DNA of 64,000 nt from Chlorokybus atmophyticus. Taxonomy: Eukaryota; Plantae; Mesostigma and Chlorokybus algae. The notes beneath the pieces are model-generated. The model made no database searches. It was given only the letters and a program-made list of their open reading frames with translations, and had not been told where the DNA came from. Position 1 is the first letter of the stretch; each line of letters starts with the position of its first letter. A program made the translations under genes and the position numbers. Positions 24,501-36,930 of the stretch are shown here, piece by piece. Location of the stretch: assembly GCA_009103225.1 (NCBI GenBank), contig RHPI01001616.1:250640-314639 (forward strand), read 5' to 3'.

Positions 24501-27258
24501 TCACTGGCAGAACTGAAGTGATGGGACTGAAGAGTGAAAAGGGTGAATGTGTGCTTATATGTACATGTGTGTATGGGTGTAATGTTGAGGTGCTACCCAC
24601 CTGGTGGGAAGTTGGTGTTGGCATTGGGGCCACGGACAGCACGCACAGCAGCATCATACACGGCCGCGGCCTCCTCGGCTGAACCGTATGTGCCAAGCCA
24701 CACGCGCCTCGCAGCCATCTGACCGCGTATCTCCGCAGACCACTGCACGCAAGAACACAACACCAGACAACATCAGTCACACTGCTCATGTGTTCGATGA
24801 CATACACACACCAAACAGTGTGGATGACCAACCACTTACCCTTCCATAGCGTCGTTGTCTGATGCCTCTGTATCGTCCATTGCGGCCAGGTCCAATGCCC
24901 GTTTGGCTGCCATCGAGACTGTTGTTGTTGCTAATGTTGCTGTGGGTGTTGGGAGTGTTGTACGCGTTGTTGTTGTTGTTGCTGAACCCATAGCTGAAGT
25001 GCATGTTGCTGCTGGGAGAAGGAGGGGGAGGAGCAGTGTTGCTGTTCAGCACGCTATGCATCATCAACGCTGCGTTGGTGTTGCCGTTGCCGCTCAGCAT
25101 GGACATGCTCCTTAAGTACTGCACGTGTGTGGCACAAAACCTGCACACCGACAAGCAGACATTAAGTACTCTATCGACAATGCCAATAACAACAATCACT
25201 ACAACATCAGTCACCACCAACAACAACAACACACAAGCGCGCACATGAACACCCACACTCACAGACATGAGTGCATCCACATGCACATGATGACATGCAA
25301 CTGCTGACACCACACAACAGCAAAAGTAACAACAGCCAGAGAACAACAACTCCCACTGACCGGGTGTCTTCTGCTTGCATTGACACCGCTGCTCTGCACC
25401 TCACTCTTCCATTTCCTTCATCCGAGACGAAGTCACACTGCCTATACGGCGCATTCACATCTTCCAGTATGTGTTTGAGGCAGTACGCATGGGGTTCGAG
25501 ACACAACTTCCTGCATCTTGTTGCTGCGGATGAGCAAAGGAGCCTCCCTTCCATGTTGTAATGCGTCCTTGGCATGCGGGTGCGGTTGTGTTGGTGGGGC
25601 TGGTGGGAGTTGCTGACTGTGGTGGTGGTGGGGGAGGTGTTGTTGCTGCTGGGACTGGTGGTGTTGGCGCTGGTGTTGGTGTTGGGAAGGTTATTGTTGT
25701 TGTTGTTGGGGATGCTCAGCTGCTGGTACTGCCTTTGGTGCCTGGCTGAGGTGCTTCGGCTGGTCCTTCTCGGCCGTGTGGGGTTGCTGCTGTTGTTGTT
25801 GTTGTTGCTGTTGTTGGTGTTATTGTTGTTGTTGTCCGTGCCACTATTCTCCTCATTGGTCTGGTTCTCCTGTGGCACCTGCCCTTGTTGTTGTTGTCCT
25901 TGTTGTTGTTGCTGCTGCTGTTGCATCTGAGCAGCATTCTTGTCTCGCTCCCTATACTTGCGGTTGTACAGCCAACTTTGCACATTCATCTCCGTGATGG
26001 TAGCAGCAATGGGTGGGTTGTTGCTGTTGTTGTTGTTGCTGTTGTTGCTACCGCTGCCACTGCCACTGCTACTGTTGTTGTTTGCACCAGCCTTGTTGCT
26101 GTTGCTTGCTGAGGCTGATAAGCACAATGCAGTCAGCCTGGGCATCACCTCTCTCACAACATCTTTAACACGCAGCTCGCCAGTCTCAGCCACGTACGCC
26201 CTTGTGAAACCCTCCTCAAGAACCTACACAATGAACATGAGCATAACAACCAGGATGACTGTGTGAGTTTGGGTGTGTGTGTGGGGGNNNNNNNNNNNNN
26301 NNNNNNNNNNNNNNNNNNNNNNGGGGCATACCTCAAGTTGTTCAGGTGAGGGTGTCCATTTTGGTTTGGATGCTGGGCGAGAGGAAGGAGCTAGCACGGG
26401 GCTGTTGTTGTGGTTGTAAGGGTTGTAGTTGGTGTAGCTGGCGTAGTTGCTGTGGGGGTTGTGTTGGCTGTGGTGGGGATGGTTCGTTGGGATGTGGCTG
26501 CTGGCGTTGCTGGTGTTGGTGTTGAGGTGGGCGGCCTGGGCAGCTGCCTGCAGGACAAGCTGCTCGTACATGGCAGCGGCAGCAGCAGAGGCGTCCTCCG
26601 CTGCTGCTGAGGCGTCGTCCATGGTGGTGTTGGTGTTGGTCGTCGTCGTTGTCCCCGTGGTCGAAGTCACCTGGTCCATCAATGCCCTGAAGGTGGACAA
26701 CCCAGCCGCCGCCGCTGCCGCTGCTGAGGACGACGACGACGACGACCCCCCTATCGCCGCCATGGCCTGCTGGTAAGACATCCCACCCAGCTCAGCCGCA
26801 TAGGCTGCCAGGTCATCATTGTGGCCAAACCCTCCGACCATACCTACGCCGGCACCCATGTCTAACCCTACGCCCAAACCGGCAACCATACGGACGCCTA
26901 TCCTGTCGCCAGCTCCGCCGCCCTCATCCTTGACCTCCACACCCACGACCACCCTACCGTCAACCCGGTCGCCGCCGCCCGAGTCGCACAGCCAACGTGA
27001 AGCAGGCAGCATGCCTTCGTCAGCATCCAGCCTGACCTCGTCCCTGACTACACCCACGACGACGTGGCTAATCCCCCTGCCAACCCCAACACCACCGCCG
27101 CCGCCGCCGCCGCCTGCTCCGCGGCTTCCACGCCGAGCAAATATCTTCGAGCCGCTAGAATGCGAGCAAAAGATTTGGCCCCACCTTTGCTCGATGAGGG
27201 AATAAAAGGGACTTGAAACAGAGGAAAAGGGGGTCAACGGGGTACGAAACGCTATCAT
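21562..27258 (-). CDS. Multi-domain transcription/chromatin factor: WOX-like homeodomain + zf-C3Hc3H + AP2/ERF + 2x Agenet (~1554 aa, 8 exons)
   Basis: Phase-consistent GT-AG exons 27258-26332, 26223-25361, 25140-24840, 24742-24601, 24453-24178, 23963-23659, 23553-23104 and 22962-21562 (sum 4665 nt, no internal stop). Motifs: [12 protein letters not shown]|[24 protein letters not shown]; LC..RC..C....[23 protein letters not shown]|FCATH; [12 protein letters not shown]|[35 protein letters not shown]; [20 protein letters not shown]; [16 protein letters not shown]..|[13 protein letters not shown]. The start codon is uncertain. Confidence 0.85.
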
Positions 27259-29630
27259 GTTGTAGGCACCTTTTCCCCTTTCCAAAATATCAAGGCGACG
27301 ACATTTAACCGGACGGCTGGTACCGTTTGTAGGTATAATAATTGGGTGCAGTAAAGATCATGCAAATTCGGTGCTGTTGTTGCCGTCAGCCGTTTGCTGA
27401 GTCCATCAGCTTTAACTGTCTGTCTGTTTGTGCGTGGCAGGCGGAGATATTTGTATCGGGTCTATTGCTCTCATGGGTACGTTTCTCGTCACTTAATTGC
27501 ATAAAGGCAATTGCACCATTATAATATCCAAGCTGTCGCGTGTCACTTCGTCTGGGGCCAACCGACGCCGCCGAGTGTCGACATCCAAACCGGTGGCTGT
27601 ACCGGTCGCGTTTAGCCGGCATATCGGCCGTTGCCGACGTGGCCTGCTAAACTCTGCACGTTGCTGCAGCCATTACGACCGGTAGAAGCGTTGAACTCGG
27701 CGGTTAAATCACAGCATGCGTTCGGCGCTGATTCCAGCTGGTTAGCGGGGACAGCGCATCCCAGCAAGGATACCTCCTGATACTTTCCATACCTACAAAG
27801 GTTAGATACCTGTTTGGGGAGCGCAGTTGCGTACGCAGTGTAATCAGGGGCGTATGAGGCTACGTCACCGTAACGTCCACCAATGGTACTTGGAGTAGGG
27901 AGGCATGGGAAATAAGGTATTTGTACTTCCCATGGCTCCCGCGTGCGGTACGAAATTTGAATCTCAAGGGAGTTACAGAGTTCAATGCAAATTGCCGGTA
28001 TGCACACGTTGTGCATGAACGTCAACAGAACACTGTACAGGCATCATTTGTATGCAGAAATGTGCTATGTGTGGGTCAATCATGAGGATCAGGTCTGGGA
28101 GCGGCTTGATCACGTCCGCGCTGTAACTCATGACGATTGACAGGCTGTGTGGTCAGATAAAACGTTAAAGACGCGCTACAGTCCACTGTGAGTAGGACAT
28201 CTTCCGTTGATCAAAGCCATAAATCATGTGGCATTGCAGTCATCTTTGATTAAAGTTTAGCAAACGCCTTTCGAGTTCAATTTGCCTACATTCAATTTTG
28301 TGCATGATAAAGTTGGTATCTTGCACTATGTGCTCTGAAGCATGGAAGAATGGGTGATAATCGTGATGGACGGTGGAGCTCATGCACGCTGTAACTTACA
28401 TAACACCCATAGCTTGTAAGCAACCACTAATGTTTCTGAATAAATATTAAAACATATTTAATGAGCAAATGTTATTGTTCAATTATGTATTATTATATGA
28501 ATTTAACAATAACCCATAAGATAGCGGTGTCAATGTAACATTGTTATCGCCATGTATTAATAACCGCACACAAAAGCACGCACATGACTCATTTGCAAGC
28601 AAGTTGCAACGTCTTCACGCAGCATTGCAATATCAATAACGCGCAGAAGATAATGGCACAATAAATGTTCGAGTACATAATTAATGTACCATCAGCTTGT
28701 ATTTGCCGGGATGTTCATACCAATATAGGACCGCACAACTTGTAACTGTGCAATTACAAGAAGTAAAAGCCCCCTAAGCTGCGTGCATCACTTAGCATAT
28801 GATGGAAGCAGGCACGTGCGCGTGATCCTTTAAGTTGAGTCCAGTGTGCGACATTAAAGTTTGATAAAATAAAGAGATGAGGTATCCCCTTGTTAAAATT
28901 GTAATGTACATTGCCACATGTGTGTCATGTGTCGTAAACACCTTAACATAAGTAAACTAACCAGAGCCTTGTTGTGCCATTTATCGTGAATTGCAAACCC
29001 GCGTGATTGTTACAATGCAGTGTGATAGTGTACATCATTTTTTCGCTGTAAACGTGTCATGCCCATTGCCCTCGTGTGCCAGCCTGCATCAGGCATGCTT
29101 ACATCCAGACCCGCGCACGGACTATCAGCCAACTGACCCGTGCGCGTCACTGACCAATAGGTAGATCACAGCCTTAGACTAGCTCATGACTGTAGCCTAC
29201 ATAGGCACCGCGCGTAGCTGTTCAGTTATACATGTTGTTATACGATATGTTCTATATCGAGGGGGAGTTTCCGATGGGAATAGCCCCAATATGATCGTTA
29301 GCTTGTATTCTAAACAATCGTGATTTGACCTCCATAAGTAGTCGCGGTGTTCACCGGATCAGCTGGTGACACTGTGAGTGCAAAAGCTAGGAGCCTGTGA
29401 AGCGACTTGAATTACGCCGTCCCGGTTACCAAGAATCCTCTCACCGTGTGAGAGTCTGTGCATGCTCGTGTGCACTGTGCTTGTCATTGTTGTGAACTTG
29501 GTGCGCTTAGTTGCGGTGTGCTTGTTGGCATCAGGCAAGGCATAGCATTTATGCGTTGCTTACTCATTCACCTCACCTAACAGTGTAATACAATTTCCAC
29601 TCGTGCAAAGAACAGAGTAAACAGCACTCC

Positions 29631-30300
29631 TACAACAATCAAGGCCAAATTTCGTGATTTTCATGGCCAGTTTAGGCCTTATTTGTGAGATACCATGTTA
29701 TTCATAACTTGTAGCGGATATTGGCGAATTGCGAATCTGCGGCAGATATCGACCGGCCCAGGGCTAGTCTGGAAGACGCCAGAAAACGGAGGGCCAGTCG
29801 AGAAGGGCTCGACCACATTTCTGGAAGGGCCTGGCGCCAAGTAGTGTAACTTGACCACATGAGCAGCAAATGAGGGACTGTTTTGTGCATTGGAAAGGTC
29901 TAGAAGTGTACTACAAGACTCTGCTAGAATATCTTAGCTTCTAGTTCCGTCTAGCGCTAGAATCGTCTAGACAGTAGCATGTGCAGGCTGGTAGGTATAA
30001 AACTGACATTCTACAATTTGCAATACAACCTTTAGCTCCCTAGTTTCTTGTGTGCAAGCTTGATGGTGGTTAGCAAAGGTTGCTACCGTGTGTCCACTAG
30101 TGTGTGCTTGCTTGTGTGACGATCCAAGGCGCTACACGAGTCGGTGTGTAGCTTGGAGTGCATGCGCGTGCGTACGCGAGTGGCGGGGCGCGCGTGTGTG
30201 CTTGGCAGAGGGGGCAAGGTTCCGGTGTGAATACCGTGTCTTGGTGAGAGGGTTGTTAATTCGACCAACTCATAGGAGACAAGGCACGAGCACCGTCACA
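29631..30300 (+). mobile_element. Solo LTR (~670 bp) inserted in the 5' terminal repeat of element A
   Basis: TACAAC..CGTCACA, TSD ACTCC/ACTAC, absent from the 3' repeat (single ACTAC there). Homologous to the reverse complement of 58792-59459. Confidence 0.85.
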
Positions 30301-33300
30301 ACTACCTGTAGTAGTAGGCTTGTTCACTCACAGTATCATACTGTGATGATCACCCTCTCTGCTAAAGTGAGTGTGGTTGCATCTTGCACATCTTAAGTGC
30401 AGCTTGCAGTTGGATACATCCGCATGCATGATTATCACTGTCATCACATAGTGCGCACAAGCATTGGTGCGTTGAGTGGTAGCAGCATTAAGATAGCTTT
30501 GTAGAGCGCAAACACTCTACCTTTTATACACTTTCACTATAGCTATCGCATCACCTGTATGAGCAGCCCTACCCCGTTCTCACAAATAGACTTGGGGGAC
30601 CTCAGCAGCTGGAGCCCGACCTCCAAATTAGCCTACGAACGAGCAAGTGAAGGAAACAGTTATTGTAGCAGCGGAGGCTCTCACCCCGTCTCCGGCGTCA
30701 CCTCCTTCCACTTCACTCCTCGCCATCAAGCTTTTCCACCTCCTTCGGACTATTTGGACCATGACAACAAAGAAATGGAGCCCTTCCAGCTCAACCAACT
30801 TTCAACGCTGCTCCGGACGTGCGGGCACCCCACCACTTGATAAGTTCATCATCAGTGTCACGCCCACAGGGCAGGCAAAAGTCATTCTCTGTCCCTTACT
30901 TATGTGGTAAGTAAGATGAGACCAAGTAGGGACCCACATTACGCAAGCGTGTGTAGTGCTTGTGGGTGTGCTCTCGTGTAGGTCTGCTCTAGAGCCTGTG
31001 CGGCCTTGAGCATGATGAACTACACAAGGCATGATGGCAAGCATAGGGCTGATCATAGCCGATGAGACATCATGTGATGTACAGAGACATATGTGTGCAT
31101 ATGTCCGCATGTGTATGCATGTGTTTGCACATGTGTGCACATGTACGCATATGAGTGCATATGCGTGCATGAGAGGTATGTACTAGATGTATGCATGTAT
31201 ATGCATGCATGCGCATATGTGTGCATATGCGCGCATATGTATGATGTCCTAGGCTGATGTGACCAGCCAAGGACGTTCACAACGTCCAAGGATGATGTGT
31301 GTGATATCCTAGGCTGATGTGACCAGCCTACGGACGTTTAAAATGTCCGAGGCTGATGTGTGATCAGTCTTGGGCGTTGAAAGAGGTCCAAGGGCTGATG
31401 TGGCAGCCCTAGACATGAGTTGTGGTCAACGCAGCCATGACAAGGCATGTAGCCTTGGACTTGGATGTTCTAGGTCGGAGAGCAGCAAAGAGAGGGTATA
31501 TGAACGGCCTCAACATGTGTTGAGGCAGCTCAGCATGTGCATACTCGACTCTTGTGTGTGGGGTGCCTAGTTTAGTTGTTCAAGGGGCTCTCCCTCTCAT
31601 CCCATGTGGGGTGTAATGTCCGTGGCAGCTTTGCACATGTGTGTGAGGTGTGCTTGAGTGTGTGAGTGTGTGGGAGCTGAGTAGAGAGGTTGGTGTCATC
31701 CTCTCCTTCCTTGGTGCGGTGCTGTGACTTCCTCTGCAAGGTACTGCACCAGTGACGGTGGTAGGGCTTCCAGTAGTAAGTCCTTGTGCTTGTGCATAAG
31801 TTCGCCAAGCCGCCCAGCAAGTAAATGAGTGGTATCGTTACAATCAGGTTCCACTCCATGATGCGGCAGCAAACCCTCAAGAACAAGGACTGGTCAGATG
31901 AGGTGTCATTCCACATCATGGCTCAGCCTGCCTTGATCATGAGGCACATGATGTGTGGAAGTTCATTGCTGAGCTGCATAGAGTTGATGGCTATGGCGAG
32001 CTTGCCAGCACCATAGCACCTACACCGACGCATAGCCTAGCAGCTGCTGCCTCAGTAGTAGTGGTCCCTCCAACCCCAGTCACTGGGCGGGCGTTAGCCG
32101 CAGCTATGCAACATGCAGAGGACGAAGAAGCCGAGCTGGTTATTTCCTCGCTAACACTTGCAGAGGTCGAGGTCAAAGCCGACCGACGGATTAGAGTGCT
32201 TAACCGCACCGCTGCCAGCATCGAGGCTCAGCAAGCTGAACAACAAACTGCAGCCTTGAAAACGGGGACACATGTACCACTACCACCGGGCTCGCATACT
32301 CTGGTAGGAGTCAGCCTTTTCACACTCGGCAGCGTTGCGCGCACTAGCCATCATGTGAGACTCTCCTCTCAAGGACTTGTACGCTACACTGCGGCGTACC
32401 TTCCCGCCCCAACCCATAAGCAAGGTAAAGGAGTTGAGACGCTTCCGACGGAAGCCCAACGAGGACCCTCTCCGACTGTATTCGCGGCTGAAACCACTGC
32501 AGGACACTGAGTACAAGATCGTCAGTGAGGAGGCAGCCGCAATGGTGTACGTGGCTGAGTTGGACCCCACCTTGAGTGAGTCAACGCGCTAGACACTTAA
32601 CTACAATAGACCCCTCGGCTACACCCTCAATAAAGCTTTTGAGACTGCACAAGCCATTCACAAGCGTTCGGTGTATGAGAAGGCAGTGTTGGACACCAAC
32701 CGAGCGCCTCACGTCCCATGGCAAGCACGAGTGCTGAGCCCCCTCGATGAGACCTCAGTCGGGATGCTCCAGTCACAACAAGGACAAACGGTTAGCTTAT
32801 GCTGCCCTTATAATAGATATTGCTCCAGTGCCGTGCCGTCAGTGTGTTCGACATGCATGTGGGCCATATGGGCACTACAAAAAGGAGTGCACCAAAGATT
32901 ATGGCAACCTTGTGTGCGACTAATGCCACAAGACGGGACACTTGGCGACAATGTGCTGGCTCAAGTTCTTCGAGCTGCGGTCCTCTATTGGCTACAACAA
33001 TAGCAACAACGCGGGTGGCTATCTATGAGGCTGCTATATGAGGCTGCTGCAGCCATGGCTGGCGAACCCATTGGTGGTGTTGGCACACCCGCTATAGCTG
33101 CGGACACTGCACCAGCCACAACTGCTGCAACGCTCGCAGCGGCGACCTCCGTCATCACAATTGCTGCAGGTGCACAACTATTGCTGCACTTGATGTTGCC
33201 GTACCTCTTTCAGCCCCTACTGCCACTGCCGCCGCACCATCAGGGGTTCGTGCGGCCCCTCCTCCGCACCTGATGTAACTCAACAAGTGCCACACGGACT

Positions 33301-34363
33301 GCAAGCAAAGCGCGCTTGGACGTCCATCGTACGCAACATTGAACCCACCACCGTTGCGTACACACCGGGAAGGCAACGCACAACGCACGTAGCACGAGAT
33401 GAACACATCCTGCCGCTACCACCACCCGAATACAATACATTGCAAGAGCCCACCTAACAACAATTGAACAATGAGATGCTAGCCGGCACTGCTCTTGAAG
33501 AAAATATCATCTCTTCAGGGTCACTTACCAGCGCCCTGCTGTGTTAGAGCTGGCAATTCAGTTGTTCTTGGCGCTGCACGCAAGGCTGCAGGACGCACCT
33601 GGCCAATCACGATAGCCAATGCCAGCGCAACAAATTGACTTTAAGCTTTGACCGCTGGGCCCGCTCGGACTTCAGCATCGCCGAGTGCAAGGCCTCGTGG
33701 TGGCCACCTGAAAATGCCGCCGGGCGCTGACCCGGCACTCCGTAAGCTCACACATAGTAGTCACCAAGAACGGTTCTCTGCTCTTGAACATGCACATCGC
33801 TACCGGCAGGACCAAGCCGCGCAACTTGACACACGCCGACAGGCATACGAAGCAGCACGCGCCGCTGCAGTGCAACCCTCGGGGTCGTCAGATGCTACCG
33901 GCACCTCCACTGCACTTGCCGTGGTGCCATTAGCGCAAGCTACAGTCACCCAGCCAAGGCAAGCAACTGTTGCTGATTAAACGAGGGCGTTGGCGCAACA
34001 ATTAAGGGGGGTGATCGCCCCGCTATTGCCCCCTTTAGTCGATGGTATGCCCGACGATCAGCGGGATGCAGGGCGAGGTTACCTCATCCCACAAGGAGAC
34101 ACCACCCAGCGAGGGGGAGCTGGTATGGTAGGAGAGCAACAACTCCGTACCGCTCTCATACGGCAAGCAGTCATGCTGCACCGGCCTGAGGGCAGTGCAT
34201 TGAGACAGATGATGGGGATGCGGAGAGGCAGCGCCTCTCAAGCACGACTCATGACGTGGCTCGCTACCAATTACGCCGCCATCCCCATGTTCGTTCTTTG
34301 GCAAAAGAGCATCATGGTTGGGGGCATTCATCCGCCCGTTGCGGCAAGCGTACGATAAAGCTG

Positions 34364-34931
34364 TGTCACAGCCCACTCGACCATAAGACACTTGGTGCTT
34401 TTGTAGTCGATTTGTGGTCATTTGATGTACCTTCCCGTCACATTCCCCGCGACTTAAGAACGCTGACGTCCTTGGCAGCTGCCCCGTATAGCTAAGGAAT
34501 CATCATAGGGGTTTGTTAGGGTCGGTCACCGGCCCTAACGGTAAGGACCGGCCAGTTTAGGCCCATACTGATCAACGCACGCATAGCGTGCCGCTGCCGG
34601 CCCCACAGGTTGCATCGCGACAGGCAGACCGCGTTCTGCCACGCCAACTGAATGCCGGCGCATTGCAACAGGCAGGTCGCATTCTGCCACGCCAATTGAA
34701 CGCCGGCGCGAATGCTATTATGCAAGGCGCGACCCATCGATGATGGCACGCCACTATGAAGTGACCATTCACGATGTTATTGGATCGAGAACCAACAACC
34801 GCGAAGTTTGCAAGGCAGAAATTGAACCCGGGTCTCAAGCTCCGATGACCAATGTCACAGCCCACTCAACCATAAAAGACATGGTGCTTATATGGTCGAT
34901 TCGTGGTTATTTAACGTACCTTCCCATTACA
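34364..34931 (-). mobile_element. TRIM, copy 2
   Basis: Reverse-complement homolog of 16269-16802 with ~79-bp LTRs and the same PBS; flanks AGCTG/AGCTC. Inserted between the gag and DNMT regions of element A. Confidence 0.9.
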
Positions 34932-35599
34932 AGCTCCCACTGCGCCAAACACTCTGAAGGGAGTGCAGGATGCAATGCTGCGGCTGCCGGGAGTGGAAGC
35001 AACACGGCAACGCCGGCGCATCGCCATCGCTCACGAGCTACACACATAGCTGACCAACCTCCAACGCACCATACGGGCGCCATGACCGTGCTCGATGTGG
35101 GCGTGGTACAAGGCAGGTGGGATGCCTACATGGTAGGGATCTTACGAGTCCCCACCATCACTCACGACATGCGGCAGCAGCTACTGCGCGCGGTATCCCT
35201 GCAGCCCATGCCACAATATCATTACCGGACCGATGTGGACACAGAGCCCACATCCACGTGGGAAGGGACATTGGTCAGGAAGGCAGCTCATGCTATCCGA
35301 TGGACCTACGCAGCAGAGCCAGGGGAACGCGAGGCAGGCAGGCCCGCAAACACCAGATCTGCCGGGCCCTCCTCCACAACCATTGGGGACGTCGGCAGGC
35401 ATGATCCGGGAGCAAGAGGATGCCACTGTTGAGGTGGCATTACAAGACCCGGCCGAACGCCGTTGATTTGCACAAGTGGACATGCACCTTTTGCTGACCC
35501 AACCATTGATCACTTTGCGTTTCCACAACTACAAGGGACACAATAAGGTGCAAGACCAGCACACCGGAGTTGTGGAGTTCCATACCTTTCGGCTGCAGC

Positions 35600-36930
35600 A
35601 GGGCATCACGGTGGTGGATCGATTCGGATGCATCGGCAGTGTGGTCTCGCCGCGGCCCTCAATACAGGTGTCAAAGTCACAAAATGTTATTATTGCGACC
35701 CTGACCCGCGCGCTCAAACAGCCCTACGGCACCATCTGCGTCACCTGCACGAGCGTTATCCACAGCAATTGTCCTCGTTGGCAATGCAAGGCAGCGTCAA
35801 GGCATTGCCAAAAGACATCCGACTGACTACAGAGGACCACTTGCTGTCCCCCCCTCGGCAACATCAACTTGTTGACAAGTGGATGGGAGTGCCAAGGACA
35901 CTACAGGGCAGGAAAAGGCCAAGGCCTTGACGACCCTCGCTCAGGTCTGTTTCGGGAGTCGATAAGAGTCATCCACCTCCTCCAATAGCACAAAATCTTC
36001 AGGCCCCTAGGGTACGTCATCGAGAACGTGCACTCAAAGGACAACAAGCGTCCCGATGTAGCCTCCACCCACCGGCAGGTGTGCTCCATACTTCGGCATC
36101 CACTCAGTAAACGGTAAACGCAGCGCGCCATGGTTCCCGTGCATATCGCGTCCGCGCCAAGTGGACAACCTTGCTCACCACATAAGAGCTAATGTAGAGT
36201 ACACGCGCAGTACACGGCCACGCAACCTTTGGTCGATGACATCCTCAACCCCAACCGTGGAGCTCAACCTGTCACACGTCTTGACCACAGCCACTCCTAC
36301 CAGTGTAACCAAACCAAACAACCGCGCCGCGCATTTCATTAATTAGTAAACGTAGCAAGAAATATATTAATTTCAATACACTTAAAACTAAAGTCTATTT
36401 TTGTTTAAATGGGTTATAATAATATTGAGTTTTAATGTATAATAGTTGGCCCAGATCTTCGATAAAGGTAAGTAGTGGGAGAGATAAAGGCTGAAGTTAA
36501 TTTCTGTGTTTAACTTGCGGAATTGGTNGCAAGAAATATATTAATTTCAATACACTTAAAACTAAAGTCTATTTTTGTTTAAATGGGTTATAATAATATT
36601 GAGTTTTAATGTATAATAGTTGGCCCAGATCTTCGATAAAGGTAAGTAGTGGGAGAGATAAAGGCTGAAGTTAATTTGTGTGTTTAACTTGCGGAATTGG
36701 CATTAACATTATTCCCACTTTGGTGTCCTACTCAGGGTCATATGCCTTCCACAATGGTGGCGATGGCATGGTATTCAACACCACGACGAGCAAGCTGGAA
36801 GAACCCAATGCACGTGAGCGCGAACGCGCCATAGGGTTCTTTCTCAACAATATCACAGGGTCCTCGCTGACCGACAATTAGCAATGTCAGCTGCTCGGCC
36901 ACGCCATGTATCTTTCGAGGATCTCAAACA
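35600..36930 (+). pseudogene. C5-cytosine DNA methyltransferase domain in pol of element A
   Basis: Motif I GITVVDRFG..GLAAALNTG, motif IV GWECQG, GLDDPRSGLF, motif VI YVIENV, motif VIII HGSRAYRVR, and the C-terminal IPTLVSY..EEPNARERERAIG. Frameshifted, with an AT-rich insert at ~36340-36710. Confidence 0.88.

Noticed and set aside
27612-28025. 137-aa minus-strand Cys-containing ORF
   Set aside because: Non-ATG start, no recognisable domain and no splice link to the downstream gene.
36355-36700. 173-bp tandem duplication
   Set aside because: The two near-identical copies are separated by a single N, typical of an unmerged contig overlap.
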